Source: Camelus ferus (Eukaryota). Taken from it: a DNA stretch of 64,000 nucleotides. The position numbers and the translations under genes are program-made. The notes under the pieces were generated by a model. It saw only the letters and a list, made by a program, of their open reading frames with translations. It did not search any database and had not been told where the DNA came from. Positions 1 through 13,929 of this stretch are shown here, piece after piece. The stretch spans positions 25,608,001 through 25,672,000 of the forward strand of contig NC_045697.1 in assembly GCF_009834535.1 (NCBI RefSeq), given 5' to 3'. Position 1 is the stretch's first letter; the number at the start of each line of letters is the position of its first letter.

Positions 1-384
1 AAAGGCATTGCTAGGCACAGTACCTACAGCATCAAATAGCTTCATCAAAATTTACTTTTGTATAAAATATTAACTACTGTTTTTCTACTTTTGCTATTAA
101 GGACAAAGACATCCATATAGAAAATACTATCACATACTTCTGAAACAATTTCCAAATACATAAAGTACGGAATACATGGTTCAGATCTTTACCATTTTCA
201 AAATCTAAAAGTTGCATAATTTGTTTAGTAAACGACCCATGCAGTATAATAGATGCTTGTAAGATAAGCTTTGAATTGTATTATGATCTTTTGAGTTGAA
301 ATATACATTTATTATATATTTGGATAATTAATGATCCCTTGTGTACATAATGCTCAGTATTTGACTCCTTGGAATATATGTAAC

Positions 385-418
<34 letters not shown>

Positions 419-426
419 TGTATATA
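385..426. repeat. (TA)n microsatellite, interrupted
   Basis: Run of TA dinucleotides with two TG interruptions. Confidence 0.9.
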
Positions 427-3294
427 AATGTCTATTCTCTCTTTTTTGCCTGCATTTAAGTGCATTTCTTTACCCCTCCAGCCTAAATGAGAAATGTCTC
501 TTTTAAGATGAGTGACAATTACTCTGAAAAATACAGACCTCACTAAAATTGTCCAGCTAGAGGCATCAAAGGTGAAGGGGGCTTAGGTAAGTCGGGGAGA
601 AATGGCCTTACAGTGTACTTTTAATTTTACATCTCTGCTTCGCCTTTTAATTCGCTCCCATGTGCTCATTGGTCCATTCAAAATCCTGATGATATGTTGA
701 TTATAGTCACTTAAGAATTAAGCACCTGTCTCATGGTTCAGTGACTTGGAAAAACCACCATGGGTCGGAAAAACACTCAAAGAAACAAGCAAAGGCCTCC
801 TTCTTCCTTTCTTTCACATTACATGAAAAACCTTCAGAGAACAATAGCAGATCTGTATTCTTGAAATTATATAGAAAGTTTAAAAGGAAATAAACAGAAC
901 TACCTTCATGATGAATTCTGAACCACTAGCGGCACTGTAAAATCACATTACACAATACTCTTTTGCATACATTACGTAACACGATCAGTTGATGTAGAAA
1001 GAGGAGTCTCCTCCACTGAGGTAAATATAAGAATTGAGAAGAAACAGATGATGAGACACAAGACTTTTATTAGCATTTTATAATGTAAATTGCTTGGATT
1101 TTGTAACAAGGCATTGGAAAATAGTATATGATAAAAAATCTCTTAGGGCTTTCAGTAAAATAGAATTTTTCTGTGCTCGAGTACAAATGTGGAACTTCTA
1201 CTGACAGGGGAGGGGAGAAAGGCATCTGGGACTGAACTTCTCCCCATGGAAATAAAAGAACATTTGACTCTATAATGGAGTGGAATGGAATTTCAATAAC
1301 AGATCCCTTTTAGTGACTCTACTGGAAGCATAAATTTATAAATTTTACATAACTAGGATACTGTTTTAATATGCTTGAGCTGTTCCCTTATGCTAATTTT
1401 ACTGTCAATATTTTCCAGTTTTCTCTGTACCAATACCTTGCATTAAACCACTTTTTTCATTATCATTAGAACTGGCATATGTTACCCAGTATTTTGAAAG
1501 TCTCTCAGGCTCAGAAGAGACTGAAAAGTTATCTGATTTCTGGAAATCCATGGAGATGCTTGATACCTTTCTGGCACACAACCAGAATAAACTGCTTACT
1601 TGGCCATCTCTTCCTGATGTAGTGCATCCCATGATACTCACTGACATAATTCCATTATTGAGATGACAGATATTCTTTTACTCAATTCAGAAAAGTCAAA
1701 TTGGATTCAAGAGACTAGCATGAAAGTTTTAAAGTCTCTTCTACTCATGACATGAACCCAGACTTTATTTCTAAAATACAAAACGAAAACACTCTAACCA
1801 TACTGTTCTATTGACAGTATTCTATTCAAGTTATTTTGTCCACCATTCTACTAAATTCGATAACCTGGTAGTATATCCATCTTGGCTATTATGAGGCAAA
1901 CAACCAGACAGACATAGTTTATTTAAACCTAATCTTTTTATCAGACACAGTCCCTCACTCAATTTAATCTGTTAGTAGAATTCAGGATTACACAGTCTAC
2001 CCCCTTACACCAAATATATACAGAAACCTCACACCCCATTTTACTGACAATTTACAAAATAGTGGCAAATGTGCATTAAAAGTTCTAGATCGCAGGTGTT
2101 TGTGTGTTACAGTCCAAGATGTTTACTGGGAGGCTGCACACTCATCCAGTCCTAGCGCCATTGCCCATTGCACTGCCTTTAATGACATTATCCTGGAGAT
2201 GACTCTGTTTTTCACCACAAAAGAATCTGAATAAATTATTTTTCCCTAAAATTATTAAAGAATAGATATTTTTTAAAGGCCGTAGTTTAGGCTACATCTT
2301 TTCTTGAATTATTTTTAAAACTTCCTTATTATTGAATCTGTATCTACTTATTGAATCTAAATCTTTAATACATCCTGCACACCATAGCCAGAGAAGTCCA
2401 ACCAACTTGTCTAGGCATGCTATTCACCTATTCAAAGTGCTTCAAAAGAATCTAACCTGTATATGAATGTCTATTCTGATTGAGTCACAATAGAAATCTC
2501 TGCTATTTGCTTTTTAGTGTTGCTACCTCTGTCACTGGGATGCTCTTAGAGTCCATCTAGCCTACATTCTTTGACAGATCATCCCAAATCTTATTCTCCA
2601 AATTTGGTGAATATATGATTAGCTGTATTCCAATTCTATTAACATTAAAACAAAACTACAGAAAACTGCTTTTATTTATATAGCATTTTTGTCTATTTCC
2701 TATTTGCTCCCCAGTAGAATATAAATTCCCAGGTGGCACAAAATACGTTGTATTAACATTTGGAGAAATCATGTAACCTAAGATGATGCCTGGATCAAAA
2801 TTTTAAAATTTCAAAATAAATTTAAAAATAGAATACATTTTTATTTTAAAAAATGGTCTTGCAGGTATATCTACAAACATTTTTATAATTTCCAAATTTA
2901 AAGCCTCCTTCCAAAAAATAAGGATTGAATTCATTTAAAATTCTTTTATAGGAATTAAGAATCTTTCCAAATCAATGGTATTAAATATTTTTCTCCATTA
3001 ATGTTTTGAAACAAAATGACATGACTGAACTTTTTGTCTGGTTTCCATGGGCAATCCCCACAGGAATATATTCATTGCATTAAAATGTTTTTTGCATTGT
3101 GTATTGTTTGTCTGCCTAACATTTTGTATAACTGTAAAGATTAAACAAATCTCACAATTATTTAATATTTGAAAAGCCTCCAAACTGGTAATTTTTCCTG
3201 TAGTGTTAAATATTTATAACATGATAACATATTGAAATAACAATCATTGTACTTTACTTTTTAATTCTTGTTTGTATATGAATCTTCTTGTTGT

Positions 3295-3470
3295 ATCTTA
3301 TTTCAACGGTAGCTGCATACTAAACTCCCCAGGCAACTTTTTAAAAAAAAAACACTGATTTTTAGGCTACATTCCAGAGCAATTAGATATGATTCATGAG
3401 TTGGTGCATGAATATTGGTAATTTAAATTCCAGTTGATCCTAATGTATAGCCAGGTCTGAGAATCACTAT
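3295..3470. mobile_element. MER5-like hAT-Charlie non-autonomous DNA transposon
   Basis: Ends in 'taatgtatagccaggtctgagaatcact', resembling the MER5 terminus '...gcagccagggttgagaaccactg'; length about 180 bp. Confidence 0.6.
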
Positions 3471-4104
3471 TTTAGTGGGAGAAGTATCCATATTTCTTTG
3501 GGGAAATTTAGGCTTATTATAAAAGATCTGTACAAACACAACAAATAATAAAACCAAAATTTTGATTTCTAAGAGCTGGTTGTGCTGAGAGTAGAAAGGT
3601 CTCGAAGTAATCAGAATGGAAGACTCTGAGGGAGTCAAGGCAACAGTTTTTTATTACAACAATTTGGAAGACGTAAGAGCAAAATCAGATTATTCAGCTC
3701 TGCAGGGATTCACAGGACTGAATAGTTGGAGAAGAGAAGGACATGATTTTGGAGCAGATCTGAGAAGCCTGAGACAAGGGGACCACACTCACTGATGGAG
3801 AGAGAGAACTGGCGCCTGGAAACTGCCCAGAACGATACTTGACCAATACCAGGGACACCTATGAGAGTCAAAGCCTACAAAAAACATGACTTTAAATGAG
3901 CACCTTCTGTCAGCAGAGCCGAAGTGCTCTCCTAGCTGAGCTCATCGTCTGGTTGGTCTTTGCTGAGAGGCCTCCACCTACAGCTGCCAACATGCTGTCT
4001 ATGGATGAACAAGAAGCAGTGGTGTCATTCCAGGAAATAAGACTTTGCCGTGGTCCTCTCACAGTATCCCAAGGTGAAGTGTTGCTTTTCAAAGCTCTAA
4101 GGCA

Positions 4105-4268
4105 GAGGGGGAGGTTAAAGCTCAGTGGTAGAGTGCATGCTTAGTATGCAGGAGGTCCTAAATTCAATCCCCAGTACCTCCATTAAATAAGTAAATAAAT
4201 AAATAACCTAATTATCTCCCCCCAGAAAAATAAAAGTAAAAATAAATAAAATAAAATATAAAATTTAA
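4105..4268 (+). mobile_element. tRNA-Ala-derived SINE (camelid Vic-1-like)
   Basis: tRNA-like head (agctcagtggtagagtgcatgcttag...ttcaatccccagtacctcca), A-rich tail, TSD aaagctctaaggca (4091-4104) / aaagccctagggca (4269-4282), 12/14 identical. Confidence 0.9.
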
Positions 4269-4621
4269 AAAGCCCTAGGGCATATATAATAGCCCCAAAC
4301 AGAAAACAGCATAATTAATACTAGAGAGTTATTGCTCATTAGGAAAGGAATATGCAAGGCACCTGCCCTTGGGTGGTACAGGAGAGTGACAAATTCTTCC
4401 CAGTCACATAACCATTCATAAGTGATGGAATTTTACTGATCATGTGATTCCATCCTCCATCATGTAATATAGCCCCTATCATGGCAAGATTCCACCTATT
4501 TTTGAAAGATTTAAATAATCAAAGAGAGGACTGAGTCATTATTTGTACGTTAAAATGTTCAGAATGAAACATAATGACGATTGATAGAATATTTTAAGAG
4601 TGGAGATATATGGATTCAGAG

Positions 4622-5245
4622 TGTATTCATTTCTTATTACTACAACAACAAAATAACAAATTACTACAAATTTATTAATGGCTTAAAACAACACAAATTT
4701 ATTATCTTACAGTTCTGGAAATCAGAAGTGCAGCATTATCTCACTGGCTAAAATCTACATGTCAACACATTGCATTCCTTTCTGTGGGCTCTAGGGGAAA
4801 ATCCATTTCCCTGGGCATTCAGGGGTAGGCATGATTCAGTAAGCTCCATGCAATTGTCCTGAGGTCTCCATTTCCCTGCTCGCTGTAATCTGGGGCTGTC
4901 CTTTGCAACTAGAAGTGTCTTTCTCATCCCTGCACACGGCTCCCTACTTTTGAAAACTAGCAAAAGGGTCTGAAATCCTTCACATGCTGCCATCTCCTTG
5001 CCTTCTTCTTCCATTGTTTTACCTCTCTTTGCTTCCTCTTCCACTTTTAAAGACCTATGTGACTACTGCACTGAACCCACGTAGATAATCTAGGATACCC
5101 TCCATATTTTAAGGTCAACTAATTAAAACATTAATTCCATTTGCAACTATAATTCTCTTTTGTCATGTGATGTTAACATTCACAGATTAAACACAAGGAA
5201 TGAGAACAAGCGCATCTTTGGGGAGCCATCATTCTGCCTACCCAC
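4622..5245 (-). mobile_element. MLT1 (ERVL-MaLR) solo LTR, MLT1D/E-like
   Basis: Starts tgtatt, contains 'gcttaaaacaacacaaatttattatcttacagttctgg', ends 'ggagccatcattctgcctacc': the typical reverse complement of an MLT1 LTR. Confidence 0.85.
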
Positions 5246-5884
5246 GAAGCTTTCCAACAAGATATCTGGGTCTTATTATCACCTTTCACGGAGACTGTGA
5301 TTGGGAAAATTAAGCCAGTGACTACAAGGTAGGATAAACTCATGCTGGGAAATAGACTCAAACTTAGTGGCCTTTGAAATTTAATGATGTATACCCTCAT
5401 GGAAGACTTCTATTGTCTTATTTAAACTTATTACCTCCTTTACTTATTGAAGGAACTGGCTTGATAGTGTGCAAAATAGGAAATAATTTAATTCTTTCCA
5501 ACTCCAGCTTTTAGAAGAGTTATGTTGGAAGTCTTCCCCCTGTGTCTGGATGATAAATTAAAGAAAACCATAGCTTTTAAAATTGTATTCAAGCATTAAC
5601 AATTTTATTTGCAGGTATTATAATGCTTATTCCAAGTAAATTTTAAATTTGCAATCTCATTCTTGCCAAAATGTCTTTATCTTTAGAATGGGGACACATT
5701 TCTCACCTATTGTGTTAAACTTTAAGGTTCAGTGTTCAGTTATTAACAATATGTAAGTAATATTCCATAATTGATGTTAAAACATAGAACTTGTATAAGA
5801 TAGATTGGATGTGCATAGCAAGGTAAATGCTAGAAGTCTATTTAGTTCCATAATCTGAGTCATCATCCTGGAACTTTCTTCCTG

Positions 5885-6045
5885 GTTCTGTGTCCTGGGG
5901 CAACTCCCTGAATATTTCTGTGCCTCAGCCTTCTCAGCTGTAAAATAGGGTAATGATATAGCCCAAGCCATAAAGTTGAGTATTGTTGAAGTGATACATA
6001 ACAAGGCATAGAAGCATGCTCCAGTAAAATATGTCCTAATCAGCT
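5885..6045 (+). mobile_element. MIR SINE fragment
   Basis: MIR core 'tctgtgcctcagccttctcagctgtaaaataggg'. Confidence 0.7.
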
Positions 6046-7169
6046 GTGAGAATTTTGTTTGTTTTAATTTCTTCATTTAAATTTTCAATATGCTTAAGTA
6101 GAAGTATAGAGATCTGGCATTAAGTTAGACACTGACTAAGGAATAATGCCAGCCTGAACATATAAAACATAGCAGAGCTGCAATCTTTTACATCAGAACA
6201 ATTTAAAACAATAGGAAGTAGGCATGTACATAAGAAAAATTTTGTTTTGAGTACTAAAAAAAAATTTTAAAGAATTATTCTTGTAGTAAATATTACCTGA
6301 TTTCTTATCCATAATATTTAAAATTGCATGTAACTTGGTTACTCTAGTCATGCTACTTTTCATTCCAACCCTTAAAATAATTAAAAACATACTAAGGTAG
6401 GTTATGAAATATTAATGGAACTTAATAAACAACTATTTTTTGTTCTTTCCATATAAAATTACTTTTTAAGAAGTTTGTTCCAAATAAAAGGATTATACCA
6501 AAATCAATAAGCTCAAAGAAGGAAGTCATAATGTAAGATAGCCATCATTTTTTTTAATGGATCAGTTTATTGTTATTAGTATGAAACATTCCTGAAAACT
6601 TTTTAACACTGAAGCTGTGGGAAACATACAAAATAGTAAAATATACATATTTTATCAACTATTTACTTCCTTAATCTAAACTTCAATTAAGTTTTTGTTT
6701 GTTATTAGTGGGAAGCTGAAGTCTGACTAAGTGGTACAAATACTACAAAGCCACTGGGCAGGGAGCCTGGGGACAGGACAGTACGTGCAAGCTAAGCACT
6801 TTAATTTTGCAAGTAGAGGGTTCTAAAATCCTAGAATATGATAAATCAAAAATAAATGAGGGAATTGATATGGACTTAAAGAATCAGACTTTAGTGAAAT
6901 CTTCCTAGGACTTTCAGAGTTTCATTTATTAAATCGGTTAATCTAGGGAAATAAAATTTGGCTTTACTTAGATATTATACAAAATAATTCTTTCTTAAAA
7001 GCTTTTAAAAACACAAATTATAAACCTAGTATTAAAATTACACAAATATCTATGTACACCCAGTGCTTTATATTTGTATTAAAATCAGCCTTTATAAGTA
7101 AACAGAATAAGGAAAAGTCAGATATATTATGCATCTAGCAGTTTCAGGGGTGACGATGAAAATAAGAGG

Positions 7170-7355
7170 TAGAATTTATTGAGTACTTTATTATATATTT
7201 GCAGATATTATGAACATCACAGGCAGTTCACAAATGTCATGTTAATTTCTCATACATGGTCTTTGAAAGATAATGCAGCTTGCCTTAAGTTATAATGATC
7301 AAGGTAGGGTTCTAACTCACTTCCTTCTGATACCACAGTCCAGGCTCTTTAACCT
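7170..7355 (-). mobile_element. MIR SINE fragment
   Basis: 'atttattgagtac' start and 'tctgataccacagtccaggctctttaacc' end resemble reverse MIR. Confidence 0.55.
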
Positions 7356-10300
7356 GTACTTTAGAAAGGATTCTTATCTACATTTTTCTTCTATTCCTCT
7401 TTGATGAGGTCACAAAAATACTTATGATGTTGTCATTTAATGTCTTAGTGGATAACAAAATTTAACAACAGCTCAGTAAAATATTTACAGATTAGATAAA
7501 TAGATAGATACATAGATACACAGGTGGAAAGGAATGGCTCATGTTGGCATTAAGTGGCATCTTAGAGAAGAAGAGAGAGAACACTGAAATGGAAAAGCCA
7601 AGAAAAATAACATGTTTGCTGAGCTCTTAATATGAGACGAGCACAATCTGGTAGTTGAATGTAAATCAGTTGACTTACTCCTAAAATAACTTGAGGAATA
7701 CCTCATGGTTTCCATATTATCAATGAGCAAATCGATCTCAACAGAAAAAGAGACAAACATGCTATCACACAAATTCCAGCTACTAAAAAGTAGAGACAAA
7801 ATTCAAGCCCAACATTATGTTGGCTATTCATATATTTAGTGGAAAATAAAAAAAAAATTCATATTTTCTTTCAGAGAGTTATTTTTAAATTTTTATAGAG
7901 TTGGAAATGAAATATTTAGGTGATTTTAAAAAATTATTTTCCCAGGAAAAAAATTAGTTGACTGTATCATGATAAACTCACCTCATTAATTTTAATTTTA
8001 AGTGAAGCATTTTAAAGTTCACAATGGCGTAACTTGAAATGGGAGCTCTAACTCTATTTATTTGATTATTCACTTAATAAATATTTATTTCCTATCTGAT
8101 AATGTTAAGGAATACAACGATGTTTGGATCTCTTTTGTATAGCTGAATTAAGTCATGAATGTCTACAATATTGCCTAAGGAAAGTCTGTGAAAACAAAGG
8201 CTCTAGGATCAATCCGAGAGGGGCTACAACATTAAATACAAAGGAGACTGAGCATGCAAAGGAATTAGAAATAATAGCCAGAGAAATTCAGGGTGAAAGA
8301 GGAAAGTGCTGTCTCATGGGATTCCAGAGTACAGAAAGTTTTATATTAAAAAAAAAAGTGAGTGATAAATGAAAAGGGCATTTAAGAAAACCTTTTGGAT
8401 ATATTTAAAAAAAAATAAAAGCTACACTTAAATATGTGAGGATGATCTTGGGGAAGTGGTGAAAGCAAATCCAGATTTGAGTGAACTGAGGAGATGCTAG
8501 TCTACAAAAAAGATCGAGAACAAGGAAGTGTCAGAAATAGTAGGGTAGAAAAGATATGAAATAGTCATTCTGCACAATAACTGAGATTAACATTTCTGTT
8601 CTTAAATTAATGGAGTGCATTATCATTTTTTATTAACAAGTAAGATTTTTCTGTAACAAAAACAAATTTGGTTTATTTATTATTTACTTTCTTGCAAAAT
8701 TTATCAATCCCAATAAAAATACAGTATGTATAAATAAGGAAACATTATCTGTGCAGTTTTCCAAGAGAATTAGATTGTTTCCAGAAAGAATTCTGTCTGC
8801 TAATGGAATTCACTGATGCAAGAAGCTCTTGAGTCAAATATCATGCTAAATTCCAAAAAGCACTGTATAACGTTATGACCAATTATGCTGCTTGTAGCTA
8901 TCTAGATAAACTAAAGGTAATTAAGTCTTCATGCTTCAGGATACAAACTGAAAGCCAGTATGCCTCTGCTGCAATTGACTTCATTTGTTAAGTGCTCTAT
9001 TACTCAAATATCACATAAAATTGTCAAAAAGATTGAATATCGGCAGTACTAGGAACAAAAATGTCCATTGAGACATTTTTGGTACATTTTCAATATGTTA
9101 TCTGTAAGGGCAAAGCATTAGTATGCTAAATTTCTATTTGTGTTGATCTTTACTCTCCAAGCAAAAAAATAAAATAAATATTCCATAAAGTAACTCTCAG
9201 CCGTGTAGGACACCTAATTATATATATAGTTGGCCTAAAACTGTCTATTGAGGTTGACAGAAATGGCCATATTGTTTCAGAATAGCAGCTCTTAAAGCTT
9301 GATAAAAGCAGTTGAAGAGGTGTGAGCAGTGGATCAGTTTTCTTTTTCAAGTAGGATTTAATTAGTCAGTTCACACTTCTTCAACAACACATACTACATT
9401 ATCAGAAGTTCACAACTGCCGTTTCTCCACTAAAGTCATCTGAGATGAAAATAATGCAATGAAAAAAAAATCTCATAAATACATGTAAACACTCCTGCAA
9501 ATATTGAAAACAGAGGGTAGAAGTAAAGTTTCAATAATAAATTAACAATCTGTTAAGTAATACAGATTTCTTGTATATAGATAAGTTGGTAGATCATCTG
9601 TTAGTTCTGGGATTGTAAAAAAAAAAAAAACCCACTGTAATATGTTATAAAAATATGCTATTAGGTCTTTTATTTGGTTGAGAAATTCTACCAACACTGT
9701 ATATGTCAGTCCATCCTCACTACATCATAGACTAACCATCTGCAGATGACCCACAGTTAAAATATTGTGAGTGTTCATACTGTTAGGTTTTCCCTAAAAT
9801 GATTGTTTAATCCAAAGAGATAATAAGATACCACTCTTTCCAGTGTAAACTATAAAAACCTTTCCACAGTAAAAATTATCCTTTGTTTATCATTAACAAA
9901 TTATATATACATATATATAAAATATATGATTATATAATCTTTACATGCATTATCTAATTTAATTTTTCTCAATCCTATGAAACAGAGGCTGTAATTATCT
10001 CTATTTTGGATCTGAGGATGAGAAAGATATATATATATATATAGCTTGAATCTTTTTCATCCTGAGATCTAAAAGTAAATTCTCTCTCTGTTATATTCAT
10101 GCTTTGTGTGTCTACTTCTTAAACAAATAGAATATGAATGTATATTTTTAGTTCTTGTGCAACTAGGTACGTTGAGGTCAAGTGTACAAACTGTCTACTG
10201 AAGAAAGCACAGTCTGCTATTAAGTAAACAAGATAAAATCTCTCTTTAAAGAAGATGTGTTTTCCTTTGAACTTGAGTTGGTATTTTTGGATGCATTCAT

Positions 10301-10486
10301 ATAAGTACTTAAAGTCATCTCCATTTTCTACTTATTAAATACATATTTATTTCAAACTGAGTTATCTTTATTGAGAGAAACAGATATAGAACCATGATGC
10401 TGCTTTTTCATATGTGATGAGAATTCCACAGACAATTCTACTACTGATCAACATAAAGAACAACACTGATGAGAACCTTCGTGATG

Positions 10487-10725
10487 ATAGTTGGCATTTA
10501 CTGAGTACCTACTGTATGACAGAATCTGTGATAGCCCTTTACATGCATTGTCTCATTTAATTTTTCTCAATCCTATGAAACAGAGACTATAGTCATCCCT
10601 ACAGAGAAGGAAGCTGACGTTTAGGGAGGCTTAGTTACTTTTCCAAGTTGATATATATATTAAGTTCACAACTTTGGTTTGAACTTAGATGTGTGTATTA
10701 GTAAAATGAAAGTCCTTAATTACTC
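10487..10725 (-). mobile_element. MIR SINE
   Basis: 'catttactgagtacctactgtatg...ctttacatgcattgtctcatttaat...gaggcttagttacttttccaag'. Confidence 0.8.
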
Positions 10726-11549
10726 TGATATCAGGATCTAAGAGCATTTTAAATTTGAGTTCATCTTCCACTGAAAAACTCTTCACTCAGCAAAAGCCAG
10801 TAGCCCCAGCAGAAATCTTAGCTGTCAGAGCCAACTTCACTTTTGTATTAGAATGTACAATGATGAGGTCATTGATGTGATGTGTGTTTCCTAGCATTCG
10901 TGACTGATATACTGGTACCTTCGTAGAACTTTGTTCACACAGTTTTGCTCAACTGAATCAATGTTTGCAGCCATACAAACTAATTAACCATCAGACATCG
11001 ATTCATTTGCTAAAGCATGCACAGATGCAAAAGATATCTTTATGTAAGAGACTATAAATCGGCATGTTTTGTGATACGCTTGTGAAAGATAAAAAATAAG
11101 ACATCTGAATACTTGAAGAGGATGCTAACTGTCACCTGCTTCTGTATTTGGAAAACAAGAACTCAGACCTAAATTAATGAGAAATTACCATAACCCCAAG
11201 TAAAGGCCTGTACAATCTTTGAATATGAAAAATTGAAAAGTAATTTTCCTGTACATTAAAAGAAACCTATCACCCCCAATATCCTGAAACTGATATTAGT
11301 AGAAGAGAAAGTAAATGTTAAAAACAGTGGCTTCTTCATTAATCTGATCTATGCAACATGATGAATCTAAAAATTTGGAAGAATTGCTCCTTAGGTCTTC
11401 TCCAAAATAAGCAACTGAAAAGAAATCTGTACTGGTGATGTTATAATCCAACAAACCAAACATAGTTTAACTGTCACAATGTCATCATACAAGGATAAAA
11501 TTAAGTCTGTCATACTATTGCGGTTAACTCCTACTTCTACTCTTAACCT

Positions 11550-12170
11550 TCCCTCCAATAGTCCATTCTTAGCTAAGCAGTTATGGTGATCCTTTTTCAA
11601 AATGCAACTTAGCCAATGGCATTTTTTTCTGTTCAAACCCTCCAATGGCTGCCCATTTTCTTCAAAGTAAGAATCAGAATATTTATAATGTTTAATAGGA
11701 CCTAAGCTAGTTGTACACCTCCCTGACTTCCTCTTCTAATCTTTCGCACACTGTTTTCTAGCCACAGTTGCCTCCTCAGTGTTCCCTGAAAATGTCAAGC
11801 ATTCCTCCACTTCGGGGATTCACACTGGCTCCTTCTCTACCTAAACACATTCAAATCTTCCCCTCTTGCTTCCTCTCCTTCAAGTCTTTGTTCAAATGAC
11901 ACCTTCTCAGTAAAGTTTGACTAATCTATTGAAAAATTCATTGCCCATTACTCAAAATCTTCCCTTAGTTTATCTGACTTTTTTCTAAAGTACTTAGAAT
12001 TGTCTTATATCATTTACTTTTTTTTTTCTGTCAATTACTATCAGAATGCAAATGTAACAAGAGTATTTTGTTCACTGATACATACTTAAATCAGTGCCTG
12101 GCACATAATGGAAGTTTAATAATATTTGTGTAATGAATAAAGACTAATTGATTGATTTAATGAATAAATG
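11550..12170 (+). mobile_element. L2 LINE 3' fragment (L2a-like)
   Basis: 'gttcaaaccctccaatggctgcccat', 'tttgttcaaatgacaccttctcag', and 3' end 'cagtgcctggcacataa...aatatttg...tgaataaa'. Confidence 0.8.
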
Positions 12171-12779
12171 AGTAGCCTTTAATACAATCAAAGTGCTAGA
12201 GTTGATCAGTAGATGTAGACTGGGCAGAGAGTCCTAATCAAGGAGCTACAAATGATTTATACGTGAGCCATTGATTCTCTTAGTGGTGGGTCTGAGAGAT
12301 GTGAGGTGGCCTAGTCTGGGTACCTCCAGCTTCAAAGAGGGTTTTTTCATTTTCTCCAGTGATCTGTAAAAACAACATCATTTTATCTGTGTTTCTTGAT
12401 GTATAAAAGTTTGAGAAGCAAATGTTTAAGGAAAGTGAAGTGTGATGCAAATGCTGGCATTTTCAGGGCTCCCACTCTCTCTACATCAGATTTCAGTCTT
12501 AGTATCATAGGAAAGCCAGACTGTGGTATCTTTTAATCCAATAAATGCAAGTTCCCCCCCTCCAAATATAAGTTGTCAAAGCCAATCACAATTATGTATA
12601 ACAAAGATTGAGATAATGAAACTTTTAAATATTATTATGCGAGGTACTATAGATTTGGGTAAAACTAAGAAGGAAACAAACAGGAATGAAATAAAGGAAA
12701 GCACAGACATGCACAGTAGGCTGTCAGGGAATATATTACACAAATTTGAAATTGCCTGTTATTGCCGTGCAAGTCACTG

Positions 12780-13860
12780 ATGTTATTTCCATTGATTTTT
12801 TTTTTAAACCTTTTCCTCTCTGTTCTTCAGGTTGGATAATTTCTATTGATCTGTCTTCAGATTTACTGATCCTTTTTTTCTGCCATCACCAATATACTGT
12901 TAGGCCTATTCTGTATTTTGTTTTAACTTAAGATACTGTATTTTTCACTTCCAGAATTTCAATTTGATTTTTTTCTTGCAGTTCCATCTTGCTAGTGAGA
13001 TTTCCCATCTATTTAGTATTATGGCTGTCTTTTCCTTTTTTTTTAAAAAAAAAAAAGTATTTTCTGATAATTCCAACATCTGAGTCATCTTGGGCTCTGT
13101 TCCTATTGACTGCTTTTTTCTTAACAAAATGCCACATTTTCTTGTCCTACACATTTCTAGTGACTTTTCATTTATTGAAGACATTGCTCCTGATTCTTTA
13201 TGTTCTGTAAGGTTACTTGATTATTCTCATGGAAGGCAGATGAATTATTAAGTGATCACCAGGAATCTGTGGAGGCTCGATTTTAACATTGGGTGATGCA
13301 GATTTGTGTAAACTCATCAAACTTGGCAGAACTCAAACAGCAAACTGTGTTTCTATTGCAATAGATATCAGCTAAAACATTTGTCCTTTTTTCTTCTTCT
13401 TTTTATTTTTTTTAGCTTTCCAGTTGTTGCTTTTAGTAGGAACTCCAAACACATGAAGTTTAGGGTCAGGCAAAGATTTGAGGGAATTTATACACAGATT
13501 TTAGGTATCCCTCCTTTCCTGGATCTCCCTGCCTCAGTTCTCATTCACTCTGACAGCCCTAAACTCTCTCCTCTGATACCTTAAGTCAATAAAACTGTGC
13601 CTTTATGTTTATATTTCAGGAGTCTTCATGTCACACTGCCTGGGGAATGACTCTGAGAAAACATTGTATAATGGTGAATGTCGCTCAGTGAATGTGTGTT
13701 TCTTCTTTCAAGAGTTGATAATCTTTTCGTATTTGCTTATTATGGCCGATCCTTAGTGTATTTGAAGAGCTGATTTATATTTTGTACAGTGTTTACAGTT
13801 GTTACTTGCATGGGCATTAGTCCAATGCCAGATATGTTGTCATTTCTAGAATAATCTTGT
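12780..13860 (-). mobile_element. Old L1M fragment (5'/ORF1-side)
   Basis: T-rich; 'ctctgttcttcaggttggataatttctattgatctgtcttcagatttactgat' is typical of antisense old L1M. Confidence 0.65.
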
Positions 13861-13929
13861 TAATTTGTTTAAATAAATCATTCCTAGTTGATTTATCATA
13901 AATTATGTTAATTATCTCAAGAGTGTTGG

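Noticed and set aside
4105..4182. tRNA-Ala gene
   Set aside because: Damaged B box and T-arm, A-rich tail and TSD show it is a SINE; the copy at 27206 likewise has a tail and TSD.
3570..4495. Possible very old LTR hosting the first SINE
   Set aside because: Has a minus-strand AATAAA and LTR-like composition, but I could not identify termini, a TSD or a family.
10855..10912. C/D-box snoRNA (ATGATGA at 10860, CTGA at 10904)
   Set aside because: Only 48 nt from box C to box D, weak terminal stem and no recognisable rRNA guide; expected by chance.
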